Source: an uncultured Planctomycetota bacterium
GTDB lineage: Bacteria; Planctomycetota; Planctomycetia; Isosphaerales; Isosphaeraceae
Reading direction: 5' to 3'
Assembly (NCBI GenBank): GCA_963737655.1
Contig: CAVTTN010000002.1
Coordinates: forward strand, 6,432,001-6,496,000
DNA length: 64,000 nt
Below are positions 8,817-18,964 of this stretch, one piece after another (the stretch's first letter is position 1; each line of letters opens with the position of its first letter). The notes below the pieces were generated by a model, which saw only the letters and a list, made by a program, of their open reading frames with translations, was not told where the DNA came from and made no database searches. Position numbers and translations under genes: made by a program.

Positions 8817-11768
8817 ATGCCCTTCGACCATCCGCTCGCCTTGCGGCTGTCTCCGCTGGCCCCGCCCGAAGGGTCGGCCGGGCCCGACGACGATTCGCGC
8901 TCGCCGGTCGGCCCGGGCCGGGTCCTGTTCGATCAGTACCGGATCGAGAGGAAGCTCGGGGCCGGCGGGTTCGGGTCGGTCTGGCTGGTCCGCAACCTCC
9001 CCCTGAACGTCGATCGGGCCCTGAAGCTGATCGAAGCGGACATCGCCGACGACCCGCAGGTGCAGGCCCGGTTCCGTCGCGAGGCGAGGCTCCTGGCCAA
9101 GCTCACGCATCCGAACGTCGTCAACGTTTATAATGCCGGGATCGTCGAGGGCGTCGCCTTCCTGGAGATGGAGTACGTCGAGGGGAAGAACCTCGGCTCG
9201 GTGATGAGGGCCGGTCGGCCCCTGCCCCTGGCCCTGGTTTCCCGGATCGTGGAGCAACTCTGCGACGTCCTCCAGGCCGCTCACGACCAGGGGATCGTCC
9301 ACCGCGACCTCAAGCCCTCCAACCTGATGCTCGTCGGCGACGGACGGCTGAAGGTCCTGGATTTCGGGATCGCCAAGGCCCTGGACGGCGCCCGGGACGA
9401 CGTCCATACCCTCTCCGGCGGGTTCCTCGGGACGACCCACTACGCCAGCCCCGAGCAGATTCGCGGGGCCTCGATCGATCCTCGGAGCGATCTTTATTCC
9501 ATCGGGGTGATCCTCTACGAGCTGCTGACCGGTCAGAGGCCGTTCGGCGGGACGATGCAGAGGGTCATGTTGAGTCATCTGACCGAGGCCCCTCCGCCGT
9601 TCTCGGTCGTCGCGCCCGGGTGTGACGTCCCGGAGGCCGTCGAGAGGGTCGTTCTGAGGTGCTTGGAAAAGGACCCCGCGAATCGGCCCCAGACGGCCCG
9701 TGAGCTCGCCGAGGAGTTCCGCCGGGCCGTCGGCCTGGGGAGGGATCTCCCTCCCAGCGCCCTGGGCGCGTTGATGGCGAGCCCCGACGACGCCGACTCG
9801 TCCGTCTCTCGGCCTCGAAGCCAGCCGAGCACGAGGACCGAGACCTTCGTCCCCGAGAACTTCACGAGGTCGATCGTCGAGGGCGGCCGGTGGCTCGGGG
9901 CGCTGGAAGCCCAGGCGGCGATCGGCCCGGGGCAGACCATCTTCGGCCGCTATCGGGTGGTCCGGCTCCTGGGAGGCGGCGGCTTCGGACAGGTCTGGCT
10001 GGTCGAGCATCTTGACCTGGAAGTCCCCCGGGCGCTCAAGACGATCTTGCCCGCGAAGGCCGACGACGAGGAGGCCCGCGCCTGGCTCCGCCACGAGGCC
10101 CGCGTCACGGCCAAGCTGATCCACCCCCATGCCGTGACGATCCACGACGCCCGGTTCGCCAACGGCCTGACGTTCATCGACATGGAATACCTGCCGGGCA
10201 AGTCGCTCCGCGAGGTGCTCCGGCCGGGCGAGCCGGTCTCCCTGGACTGGACCGCCCGGGTCCTGGAGCAGACCTGCTCGGCCCTCCAGGCCGCTCATGA
10301 CCTGGGGATCGTCCACCGCGACCTGAAACCGTCCAACCTGATGCTCCTGGACGGCTTCCCCGAAGGCCGGGAGTTCGTCAAGCTCGTGGATTTCGGCGTG
10401 GCCGGTCTCCGGGGCGCGGAGGAACCCGGATCGCAGCCAGGCGACGGACGGATTTACGGGACGATGGCCTACTCCAGCCCCGAAGGGCTCCGGGGCGACC
10501 CGACCGACGCCCGGAGCGACATCTATTCACTCGGCGTGCTCCTCTACGAGTTCCTGGCCGGGCGGAAGCCGTTCGAGGGACCTCCCTTGAAGCTTCTGGC
10601 CAGTCACTTCACCGAGCCCCCTCCGCCGATCGCCTCGTCCCACGTCCCCCCGCCCATCGAGAGGCTGATCCGGAGCTGCCTGGAAAAAGACCCCGCCCAT
10701 CGCCCGAAAACGGCCCGAGAGGTCGCCGAGAGGTTCCTCTGGTCGCTCCCCCCCCGCTACCCCGCGACGCCCGGCCGAGACCCGGGCTCGGCCAACCGGA
10801 GCGACCTCCGCCCTCCGCCCGATTATCGGCTGATCCGCTGGCTCGGCGGCGGGGGGTTCGGCGAGGTCTGGGAGGCCCAGGACGATCAGGGGGTCCATGT
10901 CGCCCTCAAATTCGTCCGGCTCGACCGCGAGGAGGTCGGCCGGGCCGAGTGGCGGGCCCTGGAGATCATCAAGAACATCCGCCACCCCAACCTGCTCGTC
11001 CCGTTCAAGTCGTGGCAGTCGTCCGACCACCTGGTCATCGGCATGGAGCTCGCCAACAAGACGCTCCGCCAGAGGCTGGACGAGTGCCGGACGCTCGGCT
11101 ACGAGGGAATCCCCCGCGACGAGCTCCTGGAATACCTCCTGGAGGCCGCCAAGGGGCTGGACTTCCTCAACGACACCCGCCACGAGCTGGCCGACGGCAA
11201 GAAAGGCCGGATCTATCACTCCGACGTCAAGCCGCAGAACATCCTCTTGATGGGAGGCGCCGTGAAGGTCGCCGACTTCGGCCTCTCGCGGTTCACCGAC
11301 CACAGCATCACGGCCCGGGACGCCGCGATGACCTTCCAGTACGCCGCCCCGGAGTTCCTCAAGGGGCAGGTGGCCAGGCAGTCGGACCAGTACTCGCTGG
11401 CGGTGACGTACTGCCTGCTCCGGGGGGGCCGGCTCCCGTTCGACGGCAAGGCGCCCGAGGTCATCATGGCCGGCCACCTCGCCCGACAGCCGGACCTCTC
11501 GATGCTCCCCGCCCGGGAACGGCCCATCGTCCACCGGGCCCTGAGCAAGGAGCCGAAGGCGAGGTGGAAGGACTGCCGGACGTTCGTCCGAATGCTCGCC
11601 GAGGTCGGCCAATCCACCACCAACGGCCGCCCCCGGCGCTCCTGGTGGTCGAAAATGAAGACCCAGCTCGTCCGCCTGATCCCGGGCCGCTCCTCGGCCT
11701 TCGACACGACCCAGGATTGGGCCTCGCCCGGGCCCGGGCCGGGCTCGACCCGATGGACGCCTCCCTGA
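8817..11768 (+). CDS. Protein with three tandem Ser/Thr kinase domains
   Basis: Three complete sets of GxGGFG, ALK, HRDLKPSN/HRDLKPSN/HSDVKPQN, DFG, SPE/SPE/APE; no TM segment; true end may be 11836 via a further indel. Confidence 0.92.
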   Translation: MPFDHPLALRLSPLAPPEGSAGPDDDSRSPVGPGRVLFDQYRIERKLGAGGFGSVWLVRNLPLNVDRALKLIEADIADDPQVQARFRREARLLAKLTHPNVVNVYNAGIVEGVAFLEMEYVEGKNLGSVMRAGRPLPLALVSRIVEQLCDVLQAAHDQGIVHRDLKPSNLMLVGDGRLKVLDFGIAKALDGARDDVHTLSGGFLGTTHYASPEQIRGASIDPRSDLYSIGVILYELLTGQRPFGGTMQRVMLSHLTEAPPPFSVVAPGCDVPEAVERVVLRCLEKDPANRPQTARELAEEFRRAVGLGRDLPPSALGALMASPDDADSSVSRPRSQPSTRTETFVPENFTRSIVEGGRWLGALEAQAAIGPGQTIFGRYRVVRLLGGGGFGQVWLVEHLDLEVPRALKTILPAKADDEEARAWLRHEARVTAKLIHPHAVTIHDARFANGLTFIDMEYLPGKSLREVLRPGEPVSLDWTARVLEQTCSALQAAHDLGIVHRDLKPSNLMLLDGFPEGREFVKLVDFGVAGLRGAEEPGSQPGDGRIYGTMAYSSPEGLRGDPTDARSDIYSLGVLLYEFLAGRKPFEGPPLKLLASHFTEPPPPIASSHVPPPIERLIRSCLEKDPAHRPKTAREVAERFLWSLPPRYPATPGRDPGSANRSDLRPPPDYRLIRWLGGGGFGEVWEAQDDQGVHVALKFVRLDREEVGRAEWRALEIIKNIRHPNLLVPFKSWQSSDHLVIGMELANKTLRQRLDECRTLGYEGIPRDELLEYLLEAAKGLDFLNDTRHELADGKKGRIYHSDVKPQNILLMGGAVKVADFGLSRFTDHSITARDAAMTFQYAAPEFLKGQVARQSDQYSLAVTYCLLRGGRLPFDGKAPEVIMAGHLARQPDLSMLPARERPIVHRALSKEPKARWKDCRTFVRMLAEVGQSTTNGRPRRSWWSKMKTQLVRLIPGRSSAFDTTQDWASPGPGPGSTRWTPP

Positions 11769-11848
11769 CCGCCACCCCGCTCGACAAGGATAAGTCGAAG
11801 CCCTTGAACGACTCGGGATTCGACCCGCTGACCTGATTGGAGGTCTCG

Positions 11849-12694
11849 ATGCGACGGCCGAAGAACGCCGGATGGTTCTCGCTGGCGATCGCCCTGGTCA
11901 TGGCCTCGGCGGCCACAAGCCGGGCCGACGATGAGGCCGCGTGCCTGGAGCGGGTCAAGAAGGAATACCCGGCCGCCTTCAGAAAGCTCTCGGAACAGTA
12001 CGCCCAGGTCCGGGGAAGCGGTATGGAGACCACCGAGTTCACAGGGCGAGCGGGCATCACCCGAACGCGAACTCGTGTTGCTTTCACGATGGACGGCCCC
12101 TTTCAGAAAGTGGCCCTGTCCGGCCTTGAAGGCAGGACCGAGGGCCGCTCCTGGACGGCCTGCGTGACTCCCGAGGATAGCTTCTTGATCGAGACGGTGA
12201 AGGCCGGGCATGGTCCCGTCTTCACCGACCTGGGAAAGCCGGTCAAGAGGAACTCGGCGACGATGCAAGTCAACATGTTCCAACAGGACTTCTTGCGAAC
12301 ACTTTCCACCACGCCATCGACGCCGAGAGGTCTGTTCGCCGATCCGGCCGTCACCTTGAAGGGCGCGACTCCGGTGCAAAGGGACGGGAACTCCCTCGTT
12401 CGGATCGTCTATATCCAGGAACATGGTGCGGTGAAGCAACTCGAGGAAAACACTTTGCTGGTGGCCCCAGATCGCGGCTGGTTGGTCGTGGAACACGAGG
12501 GAAGCGCCGGCCGCATGGTGAGAATCGAGTACAAGGCGAAGGCCGACGGCCCGGCGGTCCCGAAAAAGATCACCATCGTCGCGGGTCCGACGACCCGGAC
12601 CTTCGAATTCGAGGACTTCCGCTTCGGGCCAAGCCCGAAGGACGAATTCACCCCCCGCGGGTGCGGATTCGACCCGCATCCCGACCCCGAGTGA
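11849..12694 (+). CDS. Secreted hypothetical protein
   Basis: GGAGG RBS at 11839; signal peptide MRRPKNAGWFSLAIALVMASAATSRA-DD; beta-rich composition. Confidence 0.7.
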   Translation: MRRPKNAGWFSLAIALVMASAATSRADDEAACLERVKKEYPAAFRKLSEQYAQVRGSGMETTEFTGRAGITRTRTRVAFTMDGPFQKVALSGLEGRTEGRSWTACVTPEDSFLIETVKAGHGPVFTDLGKPVKRNSATMQVNMFQQDFLRTLSTTPSTPRGLFADPAVTLKGATPVQRDGNSLVRIVYIQEHGAVKQLEENTLLVAPDRGWLVVEHEGSAGRMVRIEYKAKADGPAVPKKITIVAGPTTRTFEFEDFRFGPSPKDEFTPRGCGFDPHPDPE

Positions 12695-12715
12695 GACAAT
12701 CTCAGGAGGTCGAAG

Positions 12716-13369
12716 ATGGAACCGCTGACGTCCCGCCTGCCCGCCGACCAGAGGGGCCGGCTCTCGCCGGGCTTCCTGGCCAATGAGCGGGATTATCTCC
12801 GAATGCGAGAGGAATTGCTCGCGACCCATCCGGGGCAATGGGTCGCCATCGAAAGCGGGCGGATCGTCGCCTCTGGCGAAGGCTTGATCCCCGTGATGGC
12901 CAGGGCCCTGGAAATCGCTCCAGGGACACATCCCTTCATCGCCCTGGTGGGAGAGGAGGAGATCGAATTCCGCATCCGTCGTGAGGAATTCGCCTACGAT
13001 GCCTCGTATCGGCCCCACCCGATGCCGCGGTTGGAGGTCACGTTCCGAGACTTTTCGGGGAACGTCGCCGGGACGTTCCCGGACGTGATCCCGGACACGG
13101 GGGCCGACATTTCGGTATTGCCCCAGGCCGACTGCGAGGCACTCGGCCTGGAAAATTCTCCTCCGCAGGCCCTGATCAGCCGGGGAGTGATGGGTCCTGG
13201 AATCTCGGCCGTGGCCTATTTCGCCCGCGCGGAAATCGATGGGCGGAGCGTTATCGCGATCGTCCAACCAGTGGCCGGAGGGTCCGAACGGATCGTCGGT
13301 CGCGAGGTCTTGAACGAATTTCGGGTCACCTTCGACGGTCCCGCCGGACGGCTGATCGTCGAAGGATGA
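12716..13369 (+). CDS. DUF5678-like domain fused to clan AA (retropepsin-like) aspartyl protease
   Basis: N-terminal REELLATHPGQWVAIESGRIVASG; C-terminal DTGAD and IVGREVLNEF; AGGAGG RBS. Confidence 0.78.
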   Translation: MEPLTSRLPADQRGRLSPGFLANERDYLRMREELLATHPGQWVAIESGRIVASGEGLIPVMARALEIAPGTHPFIALVGEEEIEFRIRREEFAYDASYRPHPMPRLEVTFRDFSGNVAGTFPDVIPDTGADISVLPQADCEALGLENSPPQALISRGVMGPGISAVAYFARAEIDGRSVIAIVQPVAGGSERIVGREVLNEFRVTFDGPAGRLIVEG

Positions 13370-13420
13370 CCGCGCCCGACCCTCTCAATCCGGGTCGGGC
13401 GCGGCGGGGATCGGTCCGGC

Positions 13421-14608
13421 TCAGGCGGTGACGGCGACGGCCTCGGCGGCCTTTTTGAGGGCTTCGGCCTTGTCGGTCTTTTCCCAGGTGAACTCCGGCT
13501 CGTTCCGGCCGAAGTGCCCGCCCGAGGCGGTCTTGCGGTAGATCGGGCGGCGGAGGTCCAGGTGCTTGATGATCCCGCTGGGCGTCAGCGGGAACGTCTT
13601 GCGGACGAGCTCGGCGATCTCGGCATCGGCGATCTTGCCGGTGCCCTCGGTGTCGACGTGGATGCTGACCGGCTCGCTCACGCCGATGGCATAGGCAAGC
13701 TGGATCTCGCAGCGGTCGGCCAGGCCGGCGGCCACCACGTTCTTGGCGACGTACCGGGCCATGTAGGCGGCCGAGCGATCGACCTTCGTGGGGTCCTTGC
13801 CGCTGAAAGCGCCGCCGCCGTGGCGGGCCCGGCCTCCGTAGGTGTCCACGATGATCTTCCGGCCCGTCACGCCGGAATCGCCGTGGGGGCCGCCCACCAC
13901 GAAGTTCCCCGTCGGGTTGATGTGGTAGATGATCCCCTCGTGCGAGAGGTCCTTCGGCAGGCAGGGCTCGATGACCTGCTTCTTGATCGTCTCGACGATC
14001 GTCTTGTGATCGACGTCCGGCGCGTGCTGGGTCGAGACGACGACCGTGTGGACCCGCACCGGCACGCCGTTCTCGTACTCGATCGTGACCTGGCTCTTGC
14101 TGTCGGGCCGGAGCCACTTGATCGTGCCGTTCTGTCGCAACTCGGTGATCCGGTTGATGATCCGGTGCGACAGGGCGATCGGCAGGGGCATCAGCTCGGG
14201 CGTCTCGTTCGAGGCGTAGCCGAACATCAGGCCCTGGTCGCCGGCGCCGATGTCCTTGCCCTTGGAGGCGTCCTCGTTCACGCCCTGGGCGATGTCCGGG
14301 GACTGCTTGCCGAGGGCGACCATCACGGCGCACGTGGTGGCGTCGAAGCCCATCTCGCTGGACGTGTAGCCGATGTCTTTGACCACTTGGCGGACGACGC
14401 TGGGGTAATCGACCATCGCCGTCGTCGTGATCTCGCCGGCCAGGCAGACCAGGCCGGTCGTCAGGAGGCTCTCGCAGGCGACCCGGGCGTAGGGGTCCTG
14501 GGCGAGGATGGCGTCGAGGATTCCGTCGGAGATCTGGTCGGCCATCTTGTCGGGATGGCCCATCGACACCGACTCGCTGGTGAACAAATAGCGGCTGTCT
14601 TGCGACAC
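13421..14608 (-). CDS. metK: S-adenosylmethionine synthetase
   Basis: [31 protein letters not shown] start with AGGAG RBS. Confidence 0.98.
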   Translation of the reverse strand: MSQDSRYLFTSESVSMGHPDKMADQISDGILDAILAQDPYARVACESLLTTGLVCLAGEITTTAMVDYPSVVRQVVKDIGYTSSEMGFDATTCAVMVALGKQSPDIAQGVNEDASKGKDIGAGDQGLMFGYASNETPELMPLPIALSHRIINRITELRQNGTIKWLRPDSKSQVTIEYENGVPVRVHTVVVSTQHAPDVDHKTIVETIKKQVIEPCLPKDLSHEGIIYHINPTGNFVVGGPHGDSGVTGRKIIVDTYGGRARHGGGAFSGKDPTKVDRSAAYMARYVAKNVVAAGLADRCEIQLAYAIGVSEPVSIHVDTEGTGKIADAEIAELVRKTFPLTPSGIIKHLDLRRPIYRKTASGGHFGRNEPEFTWEKTDKAEALKKAAEAVAVTA

Positions 14609-14695
14609 GGCGAGGGGTCTCCTGCGACCTGGAAGGACACGATCGGCGGGAGCGGCCGGGCCTCCTTGCACCGAACCGCCCGATTTCGGTCTGTG

Positions 14696-14725
14696 AGTGT
14701 ATCAGTCCCCACCACGGAGTGTAAA
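14696..14725 (-). promoter_or_regulatory. Candidate sigma70 promoter of metK
   Basis: Minus strand TTTACA-N18-TACACT with TG one base upstream of the -10, about 90 nt before the start codon. Confidence 0.45.
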
Positions 14726-14867
14726 GTCAACCCGCTTCAGCACGAGCCAGTTGCGCCGTGAGTGCATAGTTTCATAAATTAAGGCCGAGGGTGCGTTTCC
14801 TCGGCGTCCGCCCCAATTCCCCTCCCTGGATTCGACGTCCATTCGTGCGCCAAACCGTGTTCTTCTT

Positions 14868-15004
14868 GCCCTGCTGAAAATCCCATTGAGACTGAGGAAA
14901 CGAGTAGGTCCGACTTCAGTCGGGCCTACGAAAACCCTTTTTTATAGGCCCGACTGAAGTCGGACCTACTCGTATCGATGCTCCGAAGGGGTTTTCTACG
15001 GGGC
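14868..15004. repeat. MITE-like element: perfect 28-bp GTAG-type palindrome inside imperfect 17-bp terminal inverted repeats
   Basis: Arms 14901-14928 / 14945-14972 (cgagtaggtccgacttcagtcgggccta); outer gccctgctgaaaatccc ... ggggttttctacggggc. Confidence 0.8.
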
Positions 15005-15415
15005 ATGTTGTTCTCGTTTTTTCGACCGTCCTACCCCGCTGTTAGATGATTAAGGTGCGCCGGTGTCCTCGTCGGTCCGCGACTTGGTCTCGATACTCAG
15101 CCCTTGACCTTCCATGGAGATCCTTCGCACCGCCAAACCGCCCATCGCCTGGGACGGCCTGGAAGACACGCCTTCGCCTCACACCATCAAATCAACGGTG
15201 TCCTCGCCGTTGCCCGATGGTGAACTGCTCGAGAGGATGTCTTGGGTCGGGGACCGCATCGCTCGTGCTTGAAGGAGATCTTCAATCGTCCGTCCCGGGG
15301 ACTGCTTCGCGGCGCAGGCGGCCTGTTCCTCGGGCTGTGACCTTCCTACAATCGACGGCCGGGTCGTCCGTGAACTTGAACAGGCTTGAATCTTCGTCCA
15401 TCGAGGCCCGCCCGG

Positions 15416-17095
15416 ATGGCTCGGCTCCGTTCTCTCGCCGCGAAGTCCGTCGGGATCGGCCTGGGGATCGGCGCGTTATTAATCCTGAGTCCCTGGGTCG
15501 GTGTCTGGCTGGCGACGATCCCGCGGAGCGTGAGCCGGCCGGCGACGATCTCGGCGCTCTGGCTCGGGCTGGTCGTCCATGGCGGGCTCCTGGTCGCGGC
15601 CCCGGGTCTGGTGGTCGTCGGGTTCGCGATGGTCTGGCGGAGGAGGCGGCGGAGGCTTGCCTGGGTCGGCTCGGCCCGGTGGATGGTCCTGGGCGTGGCC
15701 CTCCTGGTCGGGTGCGTGGCGATCGAGGTTGCGGCGGCCGTCGTCTGGGCATTCGCCCATCGCTTGCCGACGCTTCCCTCCGCGTTCCCGGCGGATTCGA
15801 CCGGCGGTTCCCGGCCGTTGCGGATCCTGGCCGTGGGGGAGTCCAGCGCCCTGGGCGAGCCGTACCAGGACCGGCTGTCGATGGGAGGGATCGTCGGCTG
15901 GGGGCTGGAACGGGTCGTCCCGGGGCGGCGGGTCGATCTGGAATTCGCGGCCCGGGGCGGGGCGTCCCTGGAAGTCATCTTCCCGACCGTCGCCGCGATC
16001 CAGCGCCGGCCCGATGTGGTCCTCGTGTTCTCGGGCCACAACGAATTCCAGGCCCATCATCCGTGGGACCGCACCGTCCGGTACTATCGCGACGATCCGC
16101 CGGTGCCCTGGGCGGAGCGAGTCCTGGAAGGGGCGTCGCGGATCTCCTGGCTGGCGAGGCTGGTCCGCTCGGGGATCGAGACGCAGAGGCTGGATTTGCC
16201 CCCTCCGCCGAAGGTCACTCGCGAGGCCGTCGATCGCCCGTGCTGCACCGCCGAGGAGGCCGCCGAACGGCTCGCTTCGTACCGACGGAGGCTTGAGGCG
16301 ATCGCCCGATGGTGCGAGCGGATCGGGGCGGTGGCGATCTTCGTCGTCCCGGCCGGCAACGACGGCGGTTTCGAGCCCAATCGCTCGATCGGCTCGCCCG
16401 GGATGACCCGTTCGGAGCGGCTGGCCTTCGCCGGGGAGCTCGCCGAGGCCCGCCGCCTCGAAGCGACCGACCCGGCCTCCGCCGAGGGCCGCTATCGCTC
16501 GATGATCGCCCGCCAGCCGGGCTTCGCCGAGGCCCCGTTCCGCCTCGGCCGGCTCCGCGAGCGGGCCGGCGACTGGCCCGAGGCGATCCGCCTTCAAACC
16601 GCCGCTCGCGAACTCGACGCCATGCCCCAGAGGTGCCGATCCGCGTTCCAGGACGCCGTCCGGGAGGTCGGAGCGGCCCACCGGGCGATCGTCGTCGATG
16701 CCCCGGCGGTCTTTCGCCGCCTCAGCGATCATGGCCAGCTTGACGATGGGCTGTTCCACGACGCCCATCACCCGACGATGCGGGGCTACCTCGCCCTGGC
16801 TCGCGACGCCCTCGAACAAATGGGCGCGCGGAAGTCCCTGGGATGGCCCGAAGCCTCGCCCGTGCCGGACCTCGAACCCGACGTGGTCGCCGAGCACTTC
16901 CGGATCGATCGGCCCTTCCTGGCCGAGGTCTGCCGGAGGTCGGCGGTCTGGTTCGAGCGCGACGCCTTCATCCGGTTCGACCCGGCGGAGAGGCTGGCGA
17001 AGTCGGCCCGGGATTTCGAGGCGGCCGGACGGATTCTCTCGGGCGAGGCCCCGGAGGACGTGGGAGTCCCCGGGCTGGGCTGGAGGAAGGATTGA
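15416..17095 (+). CDS. Membrane-anchored SGNH/GDSL-like hydrolase with TPR-like insertion
   Basis: Three N-terminal hydrophobic helices; AVGESS (block I), GHNEF (block III), DAHHP (DxxH); TPR-like AEAPFRLGRLRERAGDWPEA. Confidence 0.72.
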   Translation: MARLRSLAAKSVGIGLGIGALLILSPWVGVWLATIPRSVSRPATISALWLGLVVHGGLLVAAPGLVVVGFAMVWRRRRRRLAWVGSARWMVLGVALLVGCVAIEVAAAVVWAFAHRLPTLPSAFPADSTGGSRPLRILAVGESSALGEPYQDRLSMGGIVGWGLERVVPGRRVDLEFAARGGASLEVIFPTVAAIQRRPDVVLVFSGHNEFQAHHPWDRTVRYYRDDPPVPWAERVLEGASRISWLARLVRSGIETQRLDLPPPPKVTREAVDRPCCTAEEAAERLASYRRRLEAIARWCERIGAVAIFVVPAGNDGGFEPNRSIGSPGMTRSERLAFAGELAEARRLEATDPASAEGRYRSMIARQPGFAEAPFRLGRLRERAGDWPEAIRLQTAARELDAMPQRCRSAFQDAVREVGAAHRAIVVDAPAVFRRLSDHGQLDDGLFHDAHHPTMRGYLALARDALEQMGARKSLGWPEASPVPDLEPDVVAEHFRIDRPFLAEVCRRSAVWFERDAFIRFDPAERLAKSARDFEAAGRILSGEAPEDVGVPGLGWRKD

Positions 17096-17134
17096 TCGGG
17101 CGGGCCGGGCCGCTCAGGGCCCGGCGATCGAGGA

Positions 17135-17476
17135 TTACTTGGCGGCAGGTTCGCCGAGCTGGAGCCACTTGCCGACCGAGTCCTGACCCTCGCGGAGGCG
17201 GTCCAGGACGGCCCGGCACGTCGGGTTCAGGGGCAGTTCGCGGAGCAGGCGATCGGCCTCGCCGGTCCGGCCCGGGGACCGCCCGACGCCCTTGTCGATC
17301 ATCCCGCCGTCCTTGGAGAACTCGATCCAGCAAACCGTCCGTTCGTGGGCGGTGGCAGACTTCTTGGCGTCCTTCTCGACCGCGCGGACCCCGTTGAGCC
17401 GGAGGCGTCCCTGGCCCTCGGAGGTCACCACGACGAGAAAACTGGCGCTCCGCTTTCCAAATCCGAACAACCCCAT
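17135..17476 (-). CDS. Hypothetical protein
   Basis: MGLFGFGKR start, GC3-rich codons, fills the gap between flanking genes. Confidence 0.7.
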   Translation of the reverse strand: MGLFGFGKRSASFLVVVTSEGQGRLRLNGVRAVEKDAKKSATAHERTVCWIEFSKDGGMIDKGVGRSPGRTGEADRLLRELPLNPTCRAVLDRLREGQDSVGKWLQLGEPAAK

Positions 17477-17829
17477 GGCACGAAATCCCATCTCGGGCGT
17501 TGGCCCGGCCATCCAGCGGCGGAGGTCGGGAGAGGTGCAATATCATGGTCGGCCCAACCCGGCGAGGCAAGGGCCCTGTCCGTTTTCTTCGGTTCGGAAA
17601 ATGGTGCCAGAGCAACGCCGTCCCGGACCCCGATCGCGCCCGGTCTCGGATCGCGACATCTCGGCGATCGAATTCGGAGAATCCCTGGAACGTGTCCGGA
17701 CGCCCCCCGTAAAGAACTCGGGAGGCCGCGATTCCGGCGGCCCTCCCGGGTGGCGTCGCGAGGGGACGTGACCTCGATCCGCCGCTCTTGCTCGCCTTCG
17801 GCCGGCGCCCTCGCGGGAGTCCTCAGATC

Positions 17830-18819
17830 ATGGACCGAACGCTCTCCTCCGGTTCCAGCGGGGCCGACGTCCAGGCGTTGCAGGGCGTCTTGAACCGTCG
17901 CCCGCCGACCTCGCAGCCCCCCCTGAACACCGACGGCCTCTTCGGCCCCAGGACTTCGGCCAGAGTCCAGGAATTCCAGAGGAACAACGCCCTGACCGCC
18001 GACGGCATCGTCGGCCCCAAGACCTGGGCCGCCCTCCGGGCCCAGGAACCGCCGGTCACCCCGAGGACCGGCATCCTCTGCGGCAACTTCGACCCCGCCA
18101 ACTTCGGCCGGGCCATGATCCTCCGCGAGGCGTTCTCCTCGGCCGTGGCCAGCAACGACGGGGGCGGAGGCGGGGCCCAGTTCCAGCTCGCCAGCTTCAG
18201 CCTCCCGAGCTTGCCGAGCTTGCCGAGCCTCCCGAGTCTCCCGAGCTTGCCGACGGTCCGGCACCTGACCCCCGGTCAGCAAGGGATGGCCACGGCGGTC
18301 TACGGGACGAGCCTGGATTTCTCGAGGATCTTCATCTCCGACGCCAGCGGGGTCCAGAATCGGGCCTTCACCGTGGCCGTGCCCTCCACCGGGTTCACGC
18401 CGACGATCCAGATCATGAATTGCGGGACGCTCACGCCGGGCCGGGACACGCTCATCCACGAGCTCGCCCACGTCTGGCAATCGCAGCATCACCCGGACCC
18501 GACCCAGTTCATGGTCAACGCCGGGGGGAGCCAGGCGGCGGCCGTCGCCGCGAACCTGGTGCTCGGGAACATCGACCCCACCCTCCGCTCCAACGCGGAT
18601 TTCCCGGTCCAGTTCCCCACCTCGGCCTACGCCTTCATCCCGGGCAGCCCGTTCGGCGATTACGGGGCCGAGCAGATCGCCAACGCCGTCGAGCACGGGA
18701 TCGCGGCGATCGTGGCTCACGTCAAGTCCGTCGCCGCGCTCGCCGTGGACTCCGACAACCAGACCAGCCTGGCCACCGTCCGAATCGGCGACCGCCGGGC
18801 GCCGGGGATCGTCTACTGA
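17830..18819 (+). CDS. Peptidoglycan-binding domain + HExxH zinc metallopeptidase-like domain
   Basis: GSSGADVQALQ...DGLFGPRT...FQRNNALTADGIVGPKTW (PG_binding_1); TLIHELAHVWQ; (SLP)5 linker. Confidence 0.82.
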   Translation: MDRTLSSGSSGADVQALQGVLNRRPPTSQPPLNTDGLFGPRTSARVQEFQRNNALTADGIVGPKTWAALRAQEPPVTPRTGILCGNFDPANFGRAMILREAFSSAVASNDGGGGGAQFQLASFSLPSLPSLPSLPSLPSLPTVRHLTPGQQGMATAVYGTSLDFSRIFISDASGVQNRAFTVAVPSTGFTPTIQIMNCGTLTPGRDTLIHELAHVWQSQHHPDPTQFMVNAGGSQAAAVAANLVLGNIDPTLRSNADFPVQFPTSAYAFIPGSPFGDYGAEQIANAVEHGIAAIVAHVKSVAALAVDSDNQTSLATVRIGDRRAPGIVY

Positions 18820-18964
18820 TCGGCCGGGGAACGGCCCGAGGGATGCGGGATGGGGGTCGATTCGCCAGGCTCAAGCCGGAGACCCGGGCGGCGGGCTCGA
18901 GCACCATCCTGGACAGACTCTCCGTGATGTCCGCAGTCCTCCCGTCCCCGAGTCTTCCCTCGGA

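Noticed and set aside
14609..14695. Possible SAM or SAH riboswitch in the metK leader
   Set aside because: Only a short ACCGAA/TTCGGT hairpin is visible; no SAM-I, SAM-II or SAH consensus recognised. An Rfam scan would settle it
15114..15272. 52-codon ORF MEILRTAKPP...
   Set aside because: No RBS, atypical codon use, no motif
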